A stretch of 37,329 nt of DNA from Planctomycetota bacterium (GTDB taxonomy: Bacteria > Planctomycetota > PUPC01). The stretch covers positions 1 to 37,329 of the forward strand of contig PUPC01000132.1 of NCBI GenBank assembly GCA_003553185.1, read 5' to 3'. Both the position numbers and the translations under genes were made by a program. Below are positions 1 through 10,044 of the stretch, piece after piece. Within the stretch, counting starts at the first letter, position 1. The number at the start of each line of letters is the position of its first letter. The notes beneath the pieces are model-generated. The model made no database searches and was not told the origin of the DNA. It saw nothing but the letters and a program-made list of their open reading frames with translations.

Positions 1-30
1 CAAGGTTCGGATTGATATGGCCGCCGGCTC

Positions 31-399
31 TCAGTCGGGCGGTTCGGGCAGGTCCTGCTCTCCGGGCAGGTGGGTCTCGGCGTGACCGATGGTTCCGGAC
101 AGGGCCGTGCTGGTGCCGGATCCGAACAGGACGAGCGATGCCCCGACCTTGATGATGTCCCCGAAAACCAGGTTGTAGTCCGTGATCTTTCTTCCGTTGA
201 CCGACGTGCCCGGAGAGCTCTCGAGATCACGGACCCGGTAGCCCTGTTCGAACGGTTCGATGACGGCGTGGATGTGTGAGACGTGCTCGTCGGTCATTTG
301 CAGACCGCAGTCGGTCGACCGACCGATGGTCACCGGTTGGTCGTCAACCAGTACGGTCTTGCCCTGATCAGCACCGACAATCACCCGGAGCAGCGGCAT
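31..399 (-). CDS. FHA domain protein (122 aa)
   Basis: FHA pattern VTIGRS...VSHIHAVI...VRDLESS-PGT-VNG...L.FGD.IKVG; GAGG RBS upstream; own promoter. Confidence 0.88.
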   Translation of the reverse strand: MPLLRVIVGADQGKTVLVDDQPVTIGRSTDCGLQMTDEHVSHIHAVIEPFEQGYRVRDLESSPGTSVNGRKITDYNLVFGDIIKVGASLVLFGSGTSTALSGTIGHAETHLPGEQDLPEPPD

Positions 400-443
400 G
401 CCAACCTCGCAAGCTCCTGTCAGAAATGTAAGAACGACAGGCC

Positions 444-472
444 ATTGTAGAACCGGACATGTGGTGTGTCAA
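444..472 (-). promoter_or_regulatory. sigma70-type promoter for the FHA gene
   Basis: TTGACA (472-467), N17, TACAAT (449-444). Confidence 0.75.
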
Positions 473-507
473 CAACCGAGATGCAGTGGAACTGAGTGGT
501 GGGACTC

Positions 508-3500
508 TCATCCCTTTTTCATGCAACAGCTTTTGTATTTCTTGCCACTGCCACAAGGGCAGGGATCATTCCGTCCGGGCTCGTCGGCAGCCCGCACCGG
601 TCGCCTCACGCCGCGCGATTTGCCCCCCGCTCCGGCGGCCTGTTTCTCGGCTTCCGCCTGTTCGTAGGCGCTCACCGAACTGTGGACGAGGTTGAGGTCT
701 TCTTCCTCCTCTTCGACTTCGGTGCCCAGTTCGACCCGCACCTTGAGCAGCATGTCGCTGACCTCCTCATGGATGCTGTCGACCATCGCCTCGAACGCCT
801 CGTAGCCCTCCTTCTTGTAGGCGATCTTGGGGTCGATCTGGGCGTAGCCGCGCATCCCGATCCCGCTCTTGAGATGGTCCATCAACTCCAGGTGGTCCTT
901 CCAGCGGGAGTCGATCGCCTGGAGGATCAGGACGCGAGCCGCCCAATGGAGCTGCCTTCTCCCCATCTCGCGGGTTCGCTTTTCGAGGGCGACGAACGCC
1001 CGTTCTTCGATCAGGTCGCGGACTTGCGTCGCTGGCAGCTTGCTCAGCTCGAACGGGTCCACGCCGAGTCCGAACTTGCGGTTGATCTTATCGCCGAGCC
1101 CGGCGAAGTTACGGCCCTCGTCGTTCAGGTCGGAATGCAGGAAGATCCCGCCGACGTGCCGGGCCGCGTCCACAGCCACCGCCTGCGGGGAGCGTTCCTT
1201 GTATCCGGCCATGGCCGCCTCAACAAATACATCGAGGATGTCGGCGTTCACCGATTCCAGGAGTTCGTAGACATCGAGGTATCCGTCGAGGTCCGAATGC
1301 TTGAGCCAATCTTGGAAGGCCTCGGCGTACCACGTGTCGGGCAGGGTCTGCGGTGGGAGGAAGCAGTCGATGGCGGCGGCAATCACGTCTGTGACGATTC
1401 TCGACGGCTGCTTGCGGGCCAGCGATTTCTGTGCCCGCTCGCACACCAGATGAGTAAGTGTTCGCTCGTCGATATCCATCGTCTCCTGCATTTGTGCGGC
1501 GGGCACCGAGATATGCAGTTTCGAGTTGACCCACCGTGCGAGCGGTTCGAGAGCGATCTCCTCGGTCCCTACGGAGGTGGCAAAGTAGGCGGCCATCGCA
1601 TCGGCGATCAGCCGATCGATCACTTCGGGCTGGTCCCATCCTTCCGCCTCGACCTCCTTGGTCAAGTGCTCGATGAGAGTCTCCTTCGCCTCGCTTCGTT
1701 TGCTATCCACCTTCTTGGAGAGGGCACTGTCGAGCTTGATGGGCGAGGAAGCAAAGCTGAACCGGCCGCGCGACCACGCCGCAAGATGTTCGTAAGAGGG
1801 GTCCTCCGCAAACGCTTCGCTTGTGAGGAACTCTTCCACCGAAGACCGAACACAGCGCCTGGCGAAGCCCAGGGCGTCTTCCTCGGGCAACTCGAGCACC
1901 TGGCTGCCGAAAAGCACAGGGAGTTCCTGCCGGGTGAGAGCGAGCCACTGCTCTTTGGTGATGTGCAGACCGAGCCGTTCCGCCCAGTTGACCAGCGGCT
2001 CGAAGTTGCGTTCCTCCGGGGCGTCCTCGGCAGTGAGATAGAGGCCGACCGAGCTGTCGATCACCTCGTGCAGCATTCGGGCGATGATTTCGTCCAGGCC
2101 GCTGCAATAGATGTTCGGAGCTTTGCTCTCATCGATCGCGTGGGCAACCTTCTCGATCATGTCTTCGCCGGGGAGTTTGCTCAACTCGAACCCGTCGATC
2201 CGTATTCCGAAGTCATCTCGGAGGCGGCGTGCCAGGCCGTCGAAATCTCTGCCATTCGGCTTAAGCGTCTCGGTAACCGCGTTGAAGATGGCGGGATAGT
2301 GCCAGTAGAGGGCGACTCCTTCCGGCTCGTCCAGTTGCTCTGCTTTGCTTGCCGCGAGTTCATCAGCCACCTGGTTGGCGGCCTCATCGGCGATCTCCTC
2401 GAATTCGGTCGGTGAAATCCGAACGCCGAACCGACACTCGACCCATAACGAAAGGCGCATCGCCGACGGGCGGCGACGAAAGAACTCGGAATCGACGTAA
2501 AGCCGGACGGTACGGGTAACCAGTGTGTCGATGACCTGACCGGCCGGCATCTCGCCGAGCCCTTCGGTCAGTCGCTCGGCCACCAGGGGTTCGATCTTCT
2601 CCGGTCGCCCCAACAGCCCGGGCCATTCGGCGCCGTCCACCCGGCAGGGCAGGTCACCAATCCATTCCTTGAAGGTGTCGTAGTCCCACGAGTCAGCCCT
2701 CAGGACCGGCAGATCTGCATGAAGGCCGCGACGGGCCCAGTCACGTACCAAGTCCTTCGTTTCGGCCGGTTCGACCGCTTCTGAGAGCTTTGCGATCAGC
2801 AGTTGGGCGAACAGGTCGTCCCAGTCAACCCGGCTGTCGAAACCGAGCCGCTTGAACCCTGTTCGTTGTTCTTCGCGGGTGCCGCGGCGGGCATTTTTCA
2901 GGGGACCGACGACCTCGGTTACGGCCTGTTTTGCCCGTGCCTCGATCTCCTCCGGTTTAGGTCGTCCGTTTGCTGCGGCTTGTTCGGCGGCGTTTTCGCT
3001 GAATATTCGCAGTGTCCCGGCCCGCCATACATCGGGCTCGACAGCGACGCCTGCCGCTGCCCGGACGGCCGACGCCGCCGGCTGGAACGAGCGCTCGAGT
3101 TCTATTTCCTCGCCCCGCAGCCACTCGGGGTCGATGAAATCGTTAATGACCTCGCGGGCAATCTCGTCGGCTGGCCGTTCACGGAACGCCTCAAGTACTG
3201 CCTGCCGCTCGCTGTACACCAATTTCCGCTGCTCGTTCATCACTTCGTCATATTCGAGGACCTGCTTTCTGTAATTGAAGTTCTGCTCCTCGACTTTCTT
3301 CTGGGCCCGCTCGATTGCCCGGCTGACCATACCCGACTCGATCTCCTGGCCGTCGCTCAGCCCGGTTTTCTGCATAAACCCGCGGACCCAGTCGCCCATA
3401 AAGATCCGCATCAGGTCGTCTTCAAGGGAGAGGAAGAAGCGGGATGAGCCGGGATCGCCCTGTCGGCCCGCCCGACCGCGAAGCTGGTTGTCGATCCGGC

Positions 3501-5466
3501 GGGACTCATGGCGCTCTGTCCCGACGATGTGCAGCCCGCCGAGTTCGACGATGTTCTTATGATCGGCCTCGGCCTGGTCTTCCAGTTCGCTCAGACGTGC
3601 GAGCAGCTTGGCCCCGAGTTCCGGTTCGAGATCGATGCCCAATTGGCCGGCGATGCGGTGTATGTTTTCACCCGGCTGCAGATTCGGGTCCCACACCGCC
3701 CGTTCGCCCGGAGGAAGGCCCGGCAAGACGATCTGGGCGGGTTCGTCCGGCGGCGATTCTGTGAACCGTTTGGCATATCGGAAGACGTTTATCAGGTCGC
3801 GCGATTCGGTTTCCGTGCGATGATGCCGGACCTCGAGTTCCCCCTGAAGAGCGAGGGTCGGATTGCCGCCGAGCACGATGTCGGTACCTCGCCCGGCCAT
3901 GTTGGTGGCGATGGTGACGGCACCGGGTTCGCCCGCCTGGGCGACGACCAGCGACTCTTTCTTGTGGTATTTTGCGTTGAGGACATCGTGCTTGATGCCC
4001 CGACGCTTGAGCCGTTCGGACAGCATCTCGGAGCGCTCGACGGAGATGGTTCCGACCAGCACCGGTCGGCCAAGCTGATGAATCCGAGCGATCTCCTCGA
4101 TGATCGCCTCGACCTTCTCCTTGTCGGTCGCGTAGATGATGTCGGGGTGGTTCTGTCGGCGCAGTGGCCTGTTGGGCGGGATCGGGATGACCTCAAGGTC
4201 GTAGATCTTGTTGAACTCGCCCGCCTCGGTCATCGCCGTCCCGGTCATGCCGGAGAGCTTGTTGTAGAGCCGGAAGAAGTTCTGGAAGGTAATCGTGGCC
4301 AGTGTCTGGTTTTCTTCCTGAACCTGCAGGTTTTCCTTGGCCTCCACCGCCTGGTGCAGCCCGTCACTCCACCGGCGTCCCGGCATCAGCCGGCCGGTGA
4401 ACTGATCGACGATGATGACCTGCCCCTCGCGAACCACATACTCCTTGTCCCGTTGATAGAGTTCCTTGGCCTTCAGGGCGTTGTCCATGAAATGCGGCCA
4501 CTCGATGTTCTTGCCGGTATAGAAGTCGGTAACACCGCACAGCTTCTGTGCGGTCAAAATTCCTTCCTCGGTGAGGACCACGGAGCGCTCTTTTTCCTTG
4601 ACCTCGTAGTGGTCGCCCTTGCGAAGCCGTTGTGCGGCCCGGTTGGCCACGTAGTATTTGTCCGTCGCCCCTTCGCCGGCTCCCGATATGATTAGCGGTG
4701 TGCGTGCTTCGTCGATGAGAACGCTGTCCACCTCGTCGATAATCGCGTAGTGCAACTCGCGCTGGGCTTGGTCCTCCGCCCTCAGTTTCATGTTGTCCCG
4801 AAGGTAATCGAAGCCGAACTCGTTGTTGGTGCCGTACACGATGTCGCACGCATAGACCGGGCCGCGTTCACGCGGGTCCATATCGGACTGGATGGCTCCG
4901 ACCGACAGGCCGAGGAACTCGTAGACCGGGCTCATCCAGGCCGCATCGCGCCGGGCGAGATAGTCGTTGACCGTAACCACGTGCACGCTCTTTCCGGTGA
5001 GTGCGTTCAGGTATGCGGGAAGCGTGGCGACCAGCGTCTTGCCTTCGCCGGTGATCATCTCGGCGATCATACCGCGGTGGAGAACAATGCCGCCGAGGAG
5101 CTGGACATCATAGTGGCGCTTCGGATAGGGGTGGCCCTCGACCCGTCGTGCGGCTTCGCGGACCACGGCGAACGCCTCGACCAGAAGGTCATCGAGTGTC
5201 TCGCCGTCGGCATACCGATTGCGAAACTCGCCCGTCTTGGACGCCAACTGCTCGTCCGACAGCTCCATTAACTCCGGTTCGAGGGCATTGATGGCGTCGA
5301 TGGTTGGCTGCATCTTGGCGAGGGTTCGTTCGACGGCGGTGCCGCCGAGGACGAGTCGGAACACCGAGTCGAGAAAACGGCCGAAGTAGTTCGGCACCGT
5401 CTCCGCCAGGGAACGAAGCTTCTCTAATAAGGAACTGTGCGGTATTCCTGTCGGCATCTCACTCAT
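508..5466 (-). CDS. secA: Preprotein translocase ATPase SecA, unusually long (1652 aa)
   Basis: MITGEGKTL Walker [83 protein letters not shown]-terminal [18 protein letters not shown] zinc motif. Confidence 0.97.
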   Translation of the reverse strand: MSEMPTGIPHSSLLEKLRSLAETVPNYFGRFLDSVFRLVLGGTAVERTLAKMQPTIDAINALEPELMELSDEQLASKTGEFRNRYADGETLDDLLVEAFAVVREAARRVEGHPYPKRHYDVQLLGGIVLHRGMIAEMITGEGKTLVATLPAYLNALTGKSVHVVTVNDYLARRDAAWMSPVYEFLGLSVGAIQSDMDPRERGPVYACDIVYGTNNEFGFDYLRDNMKLRAEDQAQRELHYAIIDEVDSVLIDEARTPLIISGAGEGATDKYYVANRAAQRLRKGDHYEVKEKERSVVLTEEGILTAQKLCGVTDFYTGKNIEWPHFMDNALKAKELYQRDKEYVVREGQVIIVDQFTGRLMPGRRWSDGLHQAVEAKENLQVQEENQTLATITFQNFFRLYNKLSGMTGTAMTEAGEFNKIYDLEVIPIPPNRPLRRQNHPDIIYATDKEKVEAIIEEIARIHQLGRPVLVGTISVERSEMLSERLKRRGIKHDVLNAKYHKKESLVVAQAGEPGAVTIATNMAGRGTDIVLGGNPTLALQGELEVRHHRTETESRDLINVFRYAKRFTESPPDEPAQIVLPGLPPGERAVWDPNLQPGENIHRIAGQLGIDLEPELGAKLLARLSELEDQAEADHKNIVELGGLHIVGTERHESRRIDNQLRGRAGRQGDPGSSRFFLSLEDDLMRIFMGDWVRGFMQKTGLSDGQEIESGMVSRAIERAQKKVEEQNFNYRKQVLEYDEVMNEQRKLVYSERQAVLEAFRERPADEIAREVINDFIDPEWLRGEEIELERSFQPAASAVRAAAGVAVEPDVWRAGTLRIFSENAAEQAAANGRPKPEEIEARAKQAVTEVVGPLKNARRGTREEQRTGFKRLGFDSRVDWDDLFAQLLIAKLSEAVEPAETKDLVRDWARRGLHADLPVLRADSWDYDTFKEWIGDLPCRVDGAEWPGLLGRPEKIEPLVAERLTEGLGEMPAGQVIDTLVTRTVRLYVDSEFFRRRPSAMRLSLWVECRFGVRISPTEFEEIADEAANQVADELAASKAEQLDEPEGVALYWHYPAIFNAVTETLKPNGRDFDGLARRLRDDFGIRIDGFELSKLPGEDMIEKVAHAIDESKAPNIYCSGLDEIIARMLHEVIDSSVGLYLTAEDAPEERNFEPLVNWAERLGLHITKEQWLALTRQELPVLFGSQVLELPEEDALGFARRCVRSSVEEFLTSEAFAEDPSYEHLAAWSRGRFSFASSPIKLDSALSKKVDSKRSEAKETLIEHLTKEVEAEGWDQPEVIDRLIADAMAAYFATSVGTEEIALEPLARWVNSKLHISVPAAQMQETMDIDERTLTHLVCERAQKSLARKQPSRIVTDVIAAAIDCFLPPQTLPDTWYAEAFQDWLKHSDLDGYLDVYELLESVNADILDVFVEAAMAGYKERSPQAVAVDAARHVGGIFLHSDLNDEGRNFAGLGDKINRKFGLGVDPFELSKLPATQVRDLIEERAFVALEKRTREMGRRQLHWAARVLILQAIDSRWKDHLELMDHLKSGIGMRGYAQIDPKIAYKKEGYEAFEAMVDSIHEEVSDMLLKVRVELGTEVEEEEEDLNLVHSSVSAYEQAEAEKQAAGAGGKSRGVRRPVRAADEPGRNDPCPCGSGKKYKSCCMKKG

Positions 5467-5891
5467 ATCGACAATAACCTCGATTCCGAAGCGGCATCCG
5501 AGAAAGCAGCCGCAGGTGTTCTTCGGTTGAAACTCGTTTCGTATTGCGCTGCGTCCCGCTTCTCGAGCCGGGAAGCCGCGTCATAACAACATTTTGCTCG
5601 GGCTGGATGATCGGTTCGACGATGATGAACCGGCAACGCCACACATAGCCCTCATATCGCCCTAAACAGGCGAATTCGTCACCAAAATTAGCATTTTATA
5701 TGATATCAGAACCCCGCAGATCGATCAAACCGAGTTAATGCATGCCGGATTGCAAGGACAGGGCGGTGCGACGGGCCGTGTCAGTTCGATTATCGGCAGG
5801 CAGGGGCCGGCGATCACGAGGCGGTCGGCGAGTTCTTTGAACCGGCTGGCAATGGGGACCCTGTTTTCGAGCGAGTGATGGATGCGGCGGT

Positions 5892-7391
5892 TTATCCGCC
5901 CGTCCACCGCAGCACGGTCGAACCCCAGGCGAGCCCTCCGCCGAACGCGACGAGCACCACCAGGTCGCCTCGTTGGATCAGGCCCTTGCGGTTCGCTTCG
6001 TCGAGGGTGATGGCTACGGACGCCCCCGATGTGTTGCCGTAGCGGTCGAGGGTCGTGTAGGTCTTTGACATAGGAATGCCGAGGGCGTCCATCCCGAACT
6101 TGATGATGTTGATGTTCGCCTGGTGTGCGACGAGGAAGTCGATATCGTCCACGGTCAAGTTCGCCCGTTCGAGTGCGGTCCGCACCGCTCGCGGGAACGC
6201 TCGAGTGGCAAACTCCCAGACGTGTTTCGGCTTCATCTGGAAGTAGTGCAGGCCGTGCTGCACCGTTTCGATGCTGGCGGGCATCCGCGTACCCCCGGCC
6301 GGTGCGGTTATCGTCTCGTACCCGGTCCCGTCGGTCTGCACGTATGAGGTGAGGATGCCGTGTTCGCCGGCCGATGCTCGGCCGAGCACCATCGCTCCGG
6401 CCCCGTCGCCGAAATAGATGCACGAGTTGCGATCGGTAAAATCGAGCATCCGGGAATAGACCTCCGAGCCGATAACTAGGGCGGACTCGGCCGAACCGTC
6501 CTCGATGTACCGGCGGACGATATCAATGGCGTAGACCGTCCCCGTGCACATCACGGGCAGATCGAAGGCCATGGCGTTCGGGGCGCCGAGTTCCCCCTGG
6601 ACGATACACGCGGTGCCGGGAAAGATGCGGTCCGGGACCGTGGTGGCCAGGACGATCATATCGAGTTCCTCGGCGCGAACGTCCGCCACGTCGAGCGCCC
6701 GCCGGGCGGCCTGGATGGCGAGGTCCGACGTCGCCTCATCGTCGGCCGCGAACCGCCGCTCGGCCACGCCGACCCGCTTGCGAATCCACTCGTCGCTGCT
6801 GTTGATATTCGCGATCGAGATCACGTCGTTGTTGGTAAGTACCCGCGCGGGGAGATAGGACCCGGTGCCCAGGATCGTCGCGGCATATCGTTTGCCCGCC
6901 CCGGTTTCTTTCGACGGGCCGGCTGTAGGTTCGGCCGATTCGACGAATCGTCGGACATCCTCCTCACGGATCACTCCCTGCTGTTTCACCTGATCGAGTT
7001 CGACACCGAGTTCGGCTGCCAGACGGCGGGCTTTCAGTGTCGCCCGCGCCCGCGGTGGCCGGGCCTCCTCGGGCGAAGCGGTCGATTTCGGAGCTGCCAT
7101 GTCCTCTGGTTCCGGCAGGGGCGAGTCGGGCCGTTCGGTGACAAACCCGAGCGCCTGGCCAACCGCGCACTCCTGGCCCGGCTGTATCCGGTGCCGGAGG
7201 AAGCCCGCGGCTCCGGCTTCCAAATCGACGGCGGCCTTGTTGGTCTCGACAGTGCAGACGACATCGTCCGGGCCGACCTTCTCTCCGTCATCGATGGCCC
7301 ATCCCACCACGATGGCGGTATCTTCGTTCACGTTCAGGCGGGGCAGGTGTATGGCGTGAATTTGCGCGTCTGGTCGTTGTTTGTTGCTCAT
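5892..7391 (-). CDS. fabH: Fusion of lipoyl domain, peripheral subunit-binding domain and 3-oxoacyl-ACP synthase III (FabH) (499 aa)
   Basis: ATG at 7391 overlaps the E1 beta stop (ATGA). Lipoyl motif VETNKA; Ala/Pro linker; PSBD-like ATLKARRLAAELGVELDQV...G.I.EEDV. FabH domain starts ILGTGSYLP, with triad AFDLPVMC(TG), VAHQAN, YGNTSGAS and AFGGGLAWG. Confidence 0.92.
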   Translation of the reverse strand: MSNKQRPDAQIHAIHLPRLNVNEDTAIVVGWAIDDGEKVGPDDVVCTVETNKAAVDLEAGAAGFLRHRIQPGQECAVGQALGFVTERPDSPLPEPEDMAAPKSTASPEEARPPRARATLKARRLAAELGVELDQVKQQGVIREEDVRRFVESAEPTAGPSKETGAGKRYAATILGTGSYLPARVLTNNDVISIANINSSDEWIRKRVGVAERRFAADDEATSDLAIQAARRALDVADVRAEELDMIVLATTVPDRIFPGTACIVQGELGAPNAMAFDLPVMCTGTVYAIDIVRRYIEDGSAESALVIGSEVYSRMLDFTDRNSCIYFGDGAGAMVLGRASAGEHGILTSYVQTDGTGYETITAPAGGTRMPASIETVQHGLHYFQMKPKHVWEFATRAFPRAVRTALERANLTVDDIDFLVAHQANINIIKFGMDALGIPMSKTYTTLDRYGNTSGASVAITLDEANRKGLIQRGDLVVLVAFGGGLAWGSTVLRWTGG

Positions 7392-8392
7392 TGCAGCATC
7401 ACTTTCTCGACAGCTCCTCTGACGGTTTCCACGCCGGGCAGGACGTGGTCTTCGAGTGGCCGGGCGGTGGGCAGCGGCAGGTCCCGCCCGGTAACACGGA
7501 CAGGTCTGGCCACAAGCCGGTCGCCCCATCGTTCTACGACGCGTGCCACCACCTCTGCCGCCCAGCCCCAGGACCGAGGGCCTTCTTCAGCCACGATAAG
7601 CCGACCGGTCCGGGCAACGGACTCGCCGATCAGGGCGGTGTCCAGCGGGGCGATTTCCGATGGGGCTAGAATCTCGCAGGCCACCTCGTCCTCGTTGAAC
7701 GTGGCTGTCATCGCCTCCTCGACGATCGGGAGCATCGGACCGTAGGTCACCACGGTTACGTTCGGCTGCTCGCCCGCCGCGTTATTGAGGACGGCAGCCG
7801 GATATGGCGGATGAGTGTGGGCGATGTCGTAGTGCTCGCTGACCGTGGCCTGCTCCGCGGCATAGAGCAGTTTGCCCTCGATAAAAACCACCGGGTTGGG
7901 GTCGTCGATCGCCGCCCCGATCAGTGCCGCTGCATCGTGGCGAGGCGTGGGGGCGACGATACGGAGCCCGGGGGTGGAGAGCAGCATCCGCTCCAACGAC
8001 TGGCTGTGGGTGGGACCGTAGCCGCGCCGCCCGCCCATCGGCGCCCGGACGACCAGGGGGACGGAGACGGCCCCGTTGTACATCCAACTGAACTTGGCGG
8101 CGTGGTTGATGAGCTGGTCGGCGGCGAGGGCGATGAAATCGCCGAACATCATCTCGACGACGGGTCGCAGGCCGCGAAGAGCCATCCCGGTCGTCACGGC
8201 CACCGTCCCCGCCTCGCTGATCGGGACATTGATCAGGCGGCCGGGAAATTCCGAGGACAGGCCGCGGGTGATCCGAAACGCACCGCCGTACGGGTCGCAG
8301 ATGTCTTCTCCGAGGAGATACACCGTGGGATCGTCGGCCAGCTTTTTTCGGAGCCCGGCTGCAATCGCCCGCCCGACGGTCAGCTTTTCCAT
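7388..8392 (-). CDS. 2-oxoacid dehydrogenase-type E1 component, beta subunit (334 aa)
   Basis: LLGEDI.DPYGGAF, PISEAG...G.A..GLRPVVEMMFGDF...AADQ..N, GPTHSQS, NPVVFIE.K; start ATG 8392 after GGGAAGGGA, overlapping the E1 alpha stop. Confidence 0.93.
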   Translation of the reverse strand: MEKLTVGRAIAAGLRKKLADDPTVYLLGEDICDPYGGAFRITRGLSSEFPGRLINVPISEAGTVAVTTGMALRGLRPVVEMMFGDFIALAADQLINHAAKFSWMYNGAVSVPLVVRAPMGGRRGYGPTHSQSLERMLLSTPGLRIVAPTPRHDAAALIGAAIDDPNPVVFIEGKLLYAAEQATVSEHYDIAHTHPPYPAAVLNNAAGEQPNVTVVTYGPMLPIVEEAMTATFNEDEVACEILAPSEIAPLDTALIGESVARTGRLIVAEEGPRSWGWAAEVVARVVERWGDRLVARPVRVTGRDLPLPTARPLEDHVLPGVETVRGAVEKVMLQ

Positions 8393-9333
8393 AATCCCTT
8401 CCCGATATCGCCCAAGTCCTGGACCGGTGCCTTCCTGGCAGCGGCGATGGCCCGCTCGATCCGCGCCTGGCAACGCCCTTCGATCTCCCGCCGGTCGGCC
8501 CCGTCGAGAGCTCCGGCCAGCAGAGCGAGCGGATCGCGTTTCCGCCACTCATCTTCCTCTTCCCGGGTCCGGTAAGCCCGTTCGTCGTTGATGCTGTGGC
8601 CGCAGAATCGGTAGGTCCGCAGTTCGAGCAGATAGGGGCGGCAGTTCTCGCGCACGTACTCGACGGCTTTCTCGGACGCTTCGATGATCTCGAACACATC
8701 TTCGGACTCGACGGTCGCCGACTCGATGCCCAGGGCATCTGCCCTCGGGACGATTCCGCCGGCCAGCGTATCCCGCACGTGGGTGCTCATCGCATAGAGG
8801 TTGTTTTCTAGCGCATAGAGGATCGGGGCGTTCCACAGAGAGGCCATGTTCATCGCCTCGTGCAGGATTCCCTGGGCGAGTGCCCCGTCACCGATGAACG
8901 AACACACGATATTGCCGGACTCTTGCTGCTTCTCGGCCAGTGCCATACCGGTCCCCACCGCACCCATTCCGCCGGTGATCCCGTTTGTGTAGAAGTTCTC
9001 GGCATAGAGGTGCTGGGAGCCGCCACGCCCGGCACACACCCCGGTTGCCCGGCCCATGATCTCGGCCATCAGGCCTTTGACATCGCCTGTCCATGCGAGG
9101 AAATGCCCATGACCACGGTGGGTACTGGTCACCACGTCGGTCGGTTCCAGCGCGGTCACCACGCCGACCGCTGTGGCTTCCTGACCGATGCAGGGGTGGG
9201 TGGTCCCGAACAGTTCTCCCCGGGTAAACAGTTCGGCGATGCGTTCCTCGAAGGCGCGGATGAGGTACATCTGTTCGTAGATGTCGAGCTTAGCGCATGT
9301 GGCCACAAGCCGCTCCAGAGCCGCCGGGTGCAT
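8380..9333 (-). CDS. 2-oxoacid dehydrogenase-type E1 component, alpha subunit, ThDP-dependent (317 aa)
   Basis: GQEA, THRGHGH, GRGGSQH, ThDP motif GDGA...ENN, TYRFCGHS. Confidence 0.94.
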   Translation of the reverse strand: MHPAALERLVATCAKLDIYEQMYLIRAFEERIAELFTRGELFGTTHPCIGQEATAVGVVTALEPTDVVTSTHRGHGHFLAWTGDVKGLMAEIMGRATGVCAGRGGSQHLYAENFYTNGITGGMGAVGTGMALAEKQQESGNIVCSFIGDGALAQGILHEAMNMASLWNAPILYALENNLYAMSTHVRDTLAGGIVPRADALGIESATVESEDVFEIIEASEKAVEYVRENCRPYLLELRTYRFCGHSINDERAYRTREEEDEWRKRDPLALLAGALDGADRREIEGRCQARIERAIAAARKAPVQDLGDIGKGLWKS

Positions 9334-9348
9334 TCGATTCAGATTATG

Positions 9349-9377
9349 ATTCTATGCCCGCTTCGGTTCTATTGCAA
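9349..9377 (-). promoter_or_regulatory. sigma70-type promoter of the E1 alpha/E1 beta/lipoyl-FabH operon
   Basis: TTGCAA (9377-9372), N17, TAGAAT (9354-9349), only 15 nt upstream of the ATG at 9333. Confidence 0.6.
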
Positions 9378-9474
9378 GCACAGCGGTTCCGAGGTCGCCG
9401 TCCGGCACGCTTCCGATAGGAAATATGACCGGAATGGCTGGGGCTGAAGTCGTTTTGCGGGTGGGGCAGGGGGG

Positions 9475-9909
9475 TCAGACAATCGTTGAGTCGTCATCGC
9501 CTGCGGACTCGCCGGGCTCCTTGCCGACGTGTTCGAGCACCTCGTCCTCGACAAAGATCGGTGCTTCGAGGCGGACGGCGAGTGCCACAGCATCGGACGG
9601 GCGGGAGTCGACCTCGACGACGCTCCCGTTCACCTGGAGGATGAGCTTTGCGTAGAAGGTGTTGTTCCGCAGGCCGCTGACGATAATGCGGTCGAGCCGG
9701 GCGCCCAGTTCGGTGATGACGTTTGAGAGGAGGTCGTGGGTCAAAGGCCTCCGGGTGGGGATGTCGCGGACCTTACGGTCGATGGCGGCGGCCTCCACGA
9801 TCCCGATCAGGATGGGGAATATCCGGGTGCCTTGTTTTTCGCGGAGCCAGATCACCTGATAGTCGCTCGTCTCGGTGATCAGGATTCTCGCCAGTTCCAT
9901 TTCGACCAT
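9475..9909 (-). CDS. Bifunctional nuclease family protein (DUF151/BFN) (144 aa)
   Basis: FPILIGIVEAAAI, RPLTHDLL, FYAKL, VDSRPSDAVALAVR...PIFV. Confidence 0.9.
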   Translation of the reverse strand: MVEMELARILITETSDYQVIWLREKQGTRIFPILIGIVEAAAIDRKVRDIPTRRPLTHDLLSNVITELGARLDRIIVSGLRNNTFYAKLILQVNGSVVEVDSRPSDAVALAVRLEAPIFVEDEVLEHVGKEPGESAGDDDSTIV

Positions 9910-9950
9910 TGGTTTTCCCCAATTGGATTGTTCGTTACCGCCTATCTGCC

Positions 9951-9978
9951 ATTCTAATTTCCGGGGCGCCAATGTCAA
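9951..9978 (-). promoter_or_regulatory. sigma70-type promoter for the DUF151 gene
   Basis: TTGACA (9978-9973), N16, TAGAAT (9956-9951). Confidence 0.65.
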
Positions 9979-10044
9979 CTTGTTCGTCTGCAGATATTCT
10001 TTGTTTGAAGGATTCCGGCGTTCCCTGGCAGTACGACGGACAAC

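Noticed and set aside
496-2415. 639-aa plus-strand ORF (and 3508-4695) opposite secA
   Set aside because: Antisense shadow ORFs typical of GC-rich codon usage; no recognisable motifs.
960-3180. Intein as the explanation for the SecA insertion
   Set aside because: No C/S start, HN-C/S/T end or LAGLIDADG motif; the insert consists of wing-like repeats.
5459-5644. 61-aa ORF overlapping the secA start, considered as a SecM-like arrest leader
   Set aside because: No signal peptide or TM, no RAGP/RAPP-type arrest motif, and a weak start.
7392-7529. Longer ORF-track N-termini for the FabH fusion (7529), E1 beta (8548), SHMT-GcvT (15913), the hypothetical at 20898 and the ligase (28506)
   Set aside because: These extensions overlap upstream genes; RBS and stop-start coupling support the shorter starts.
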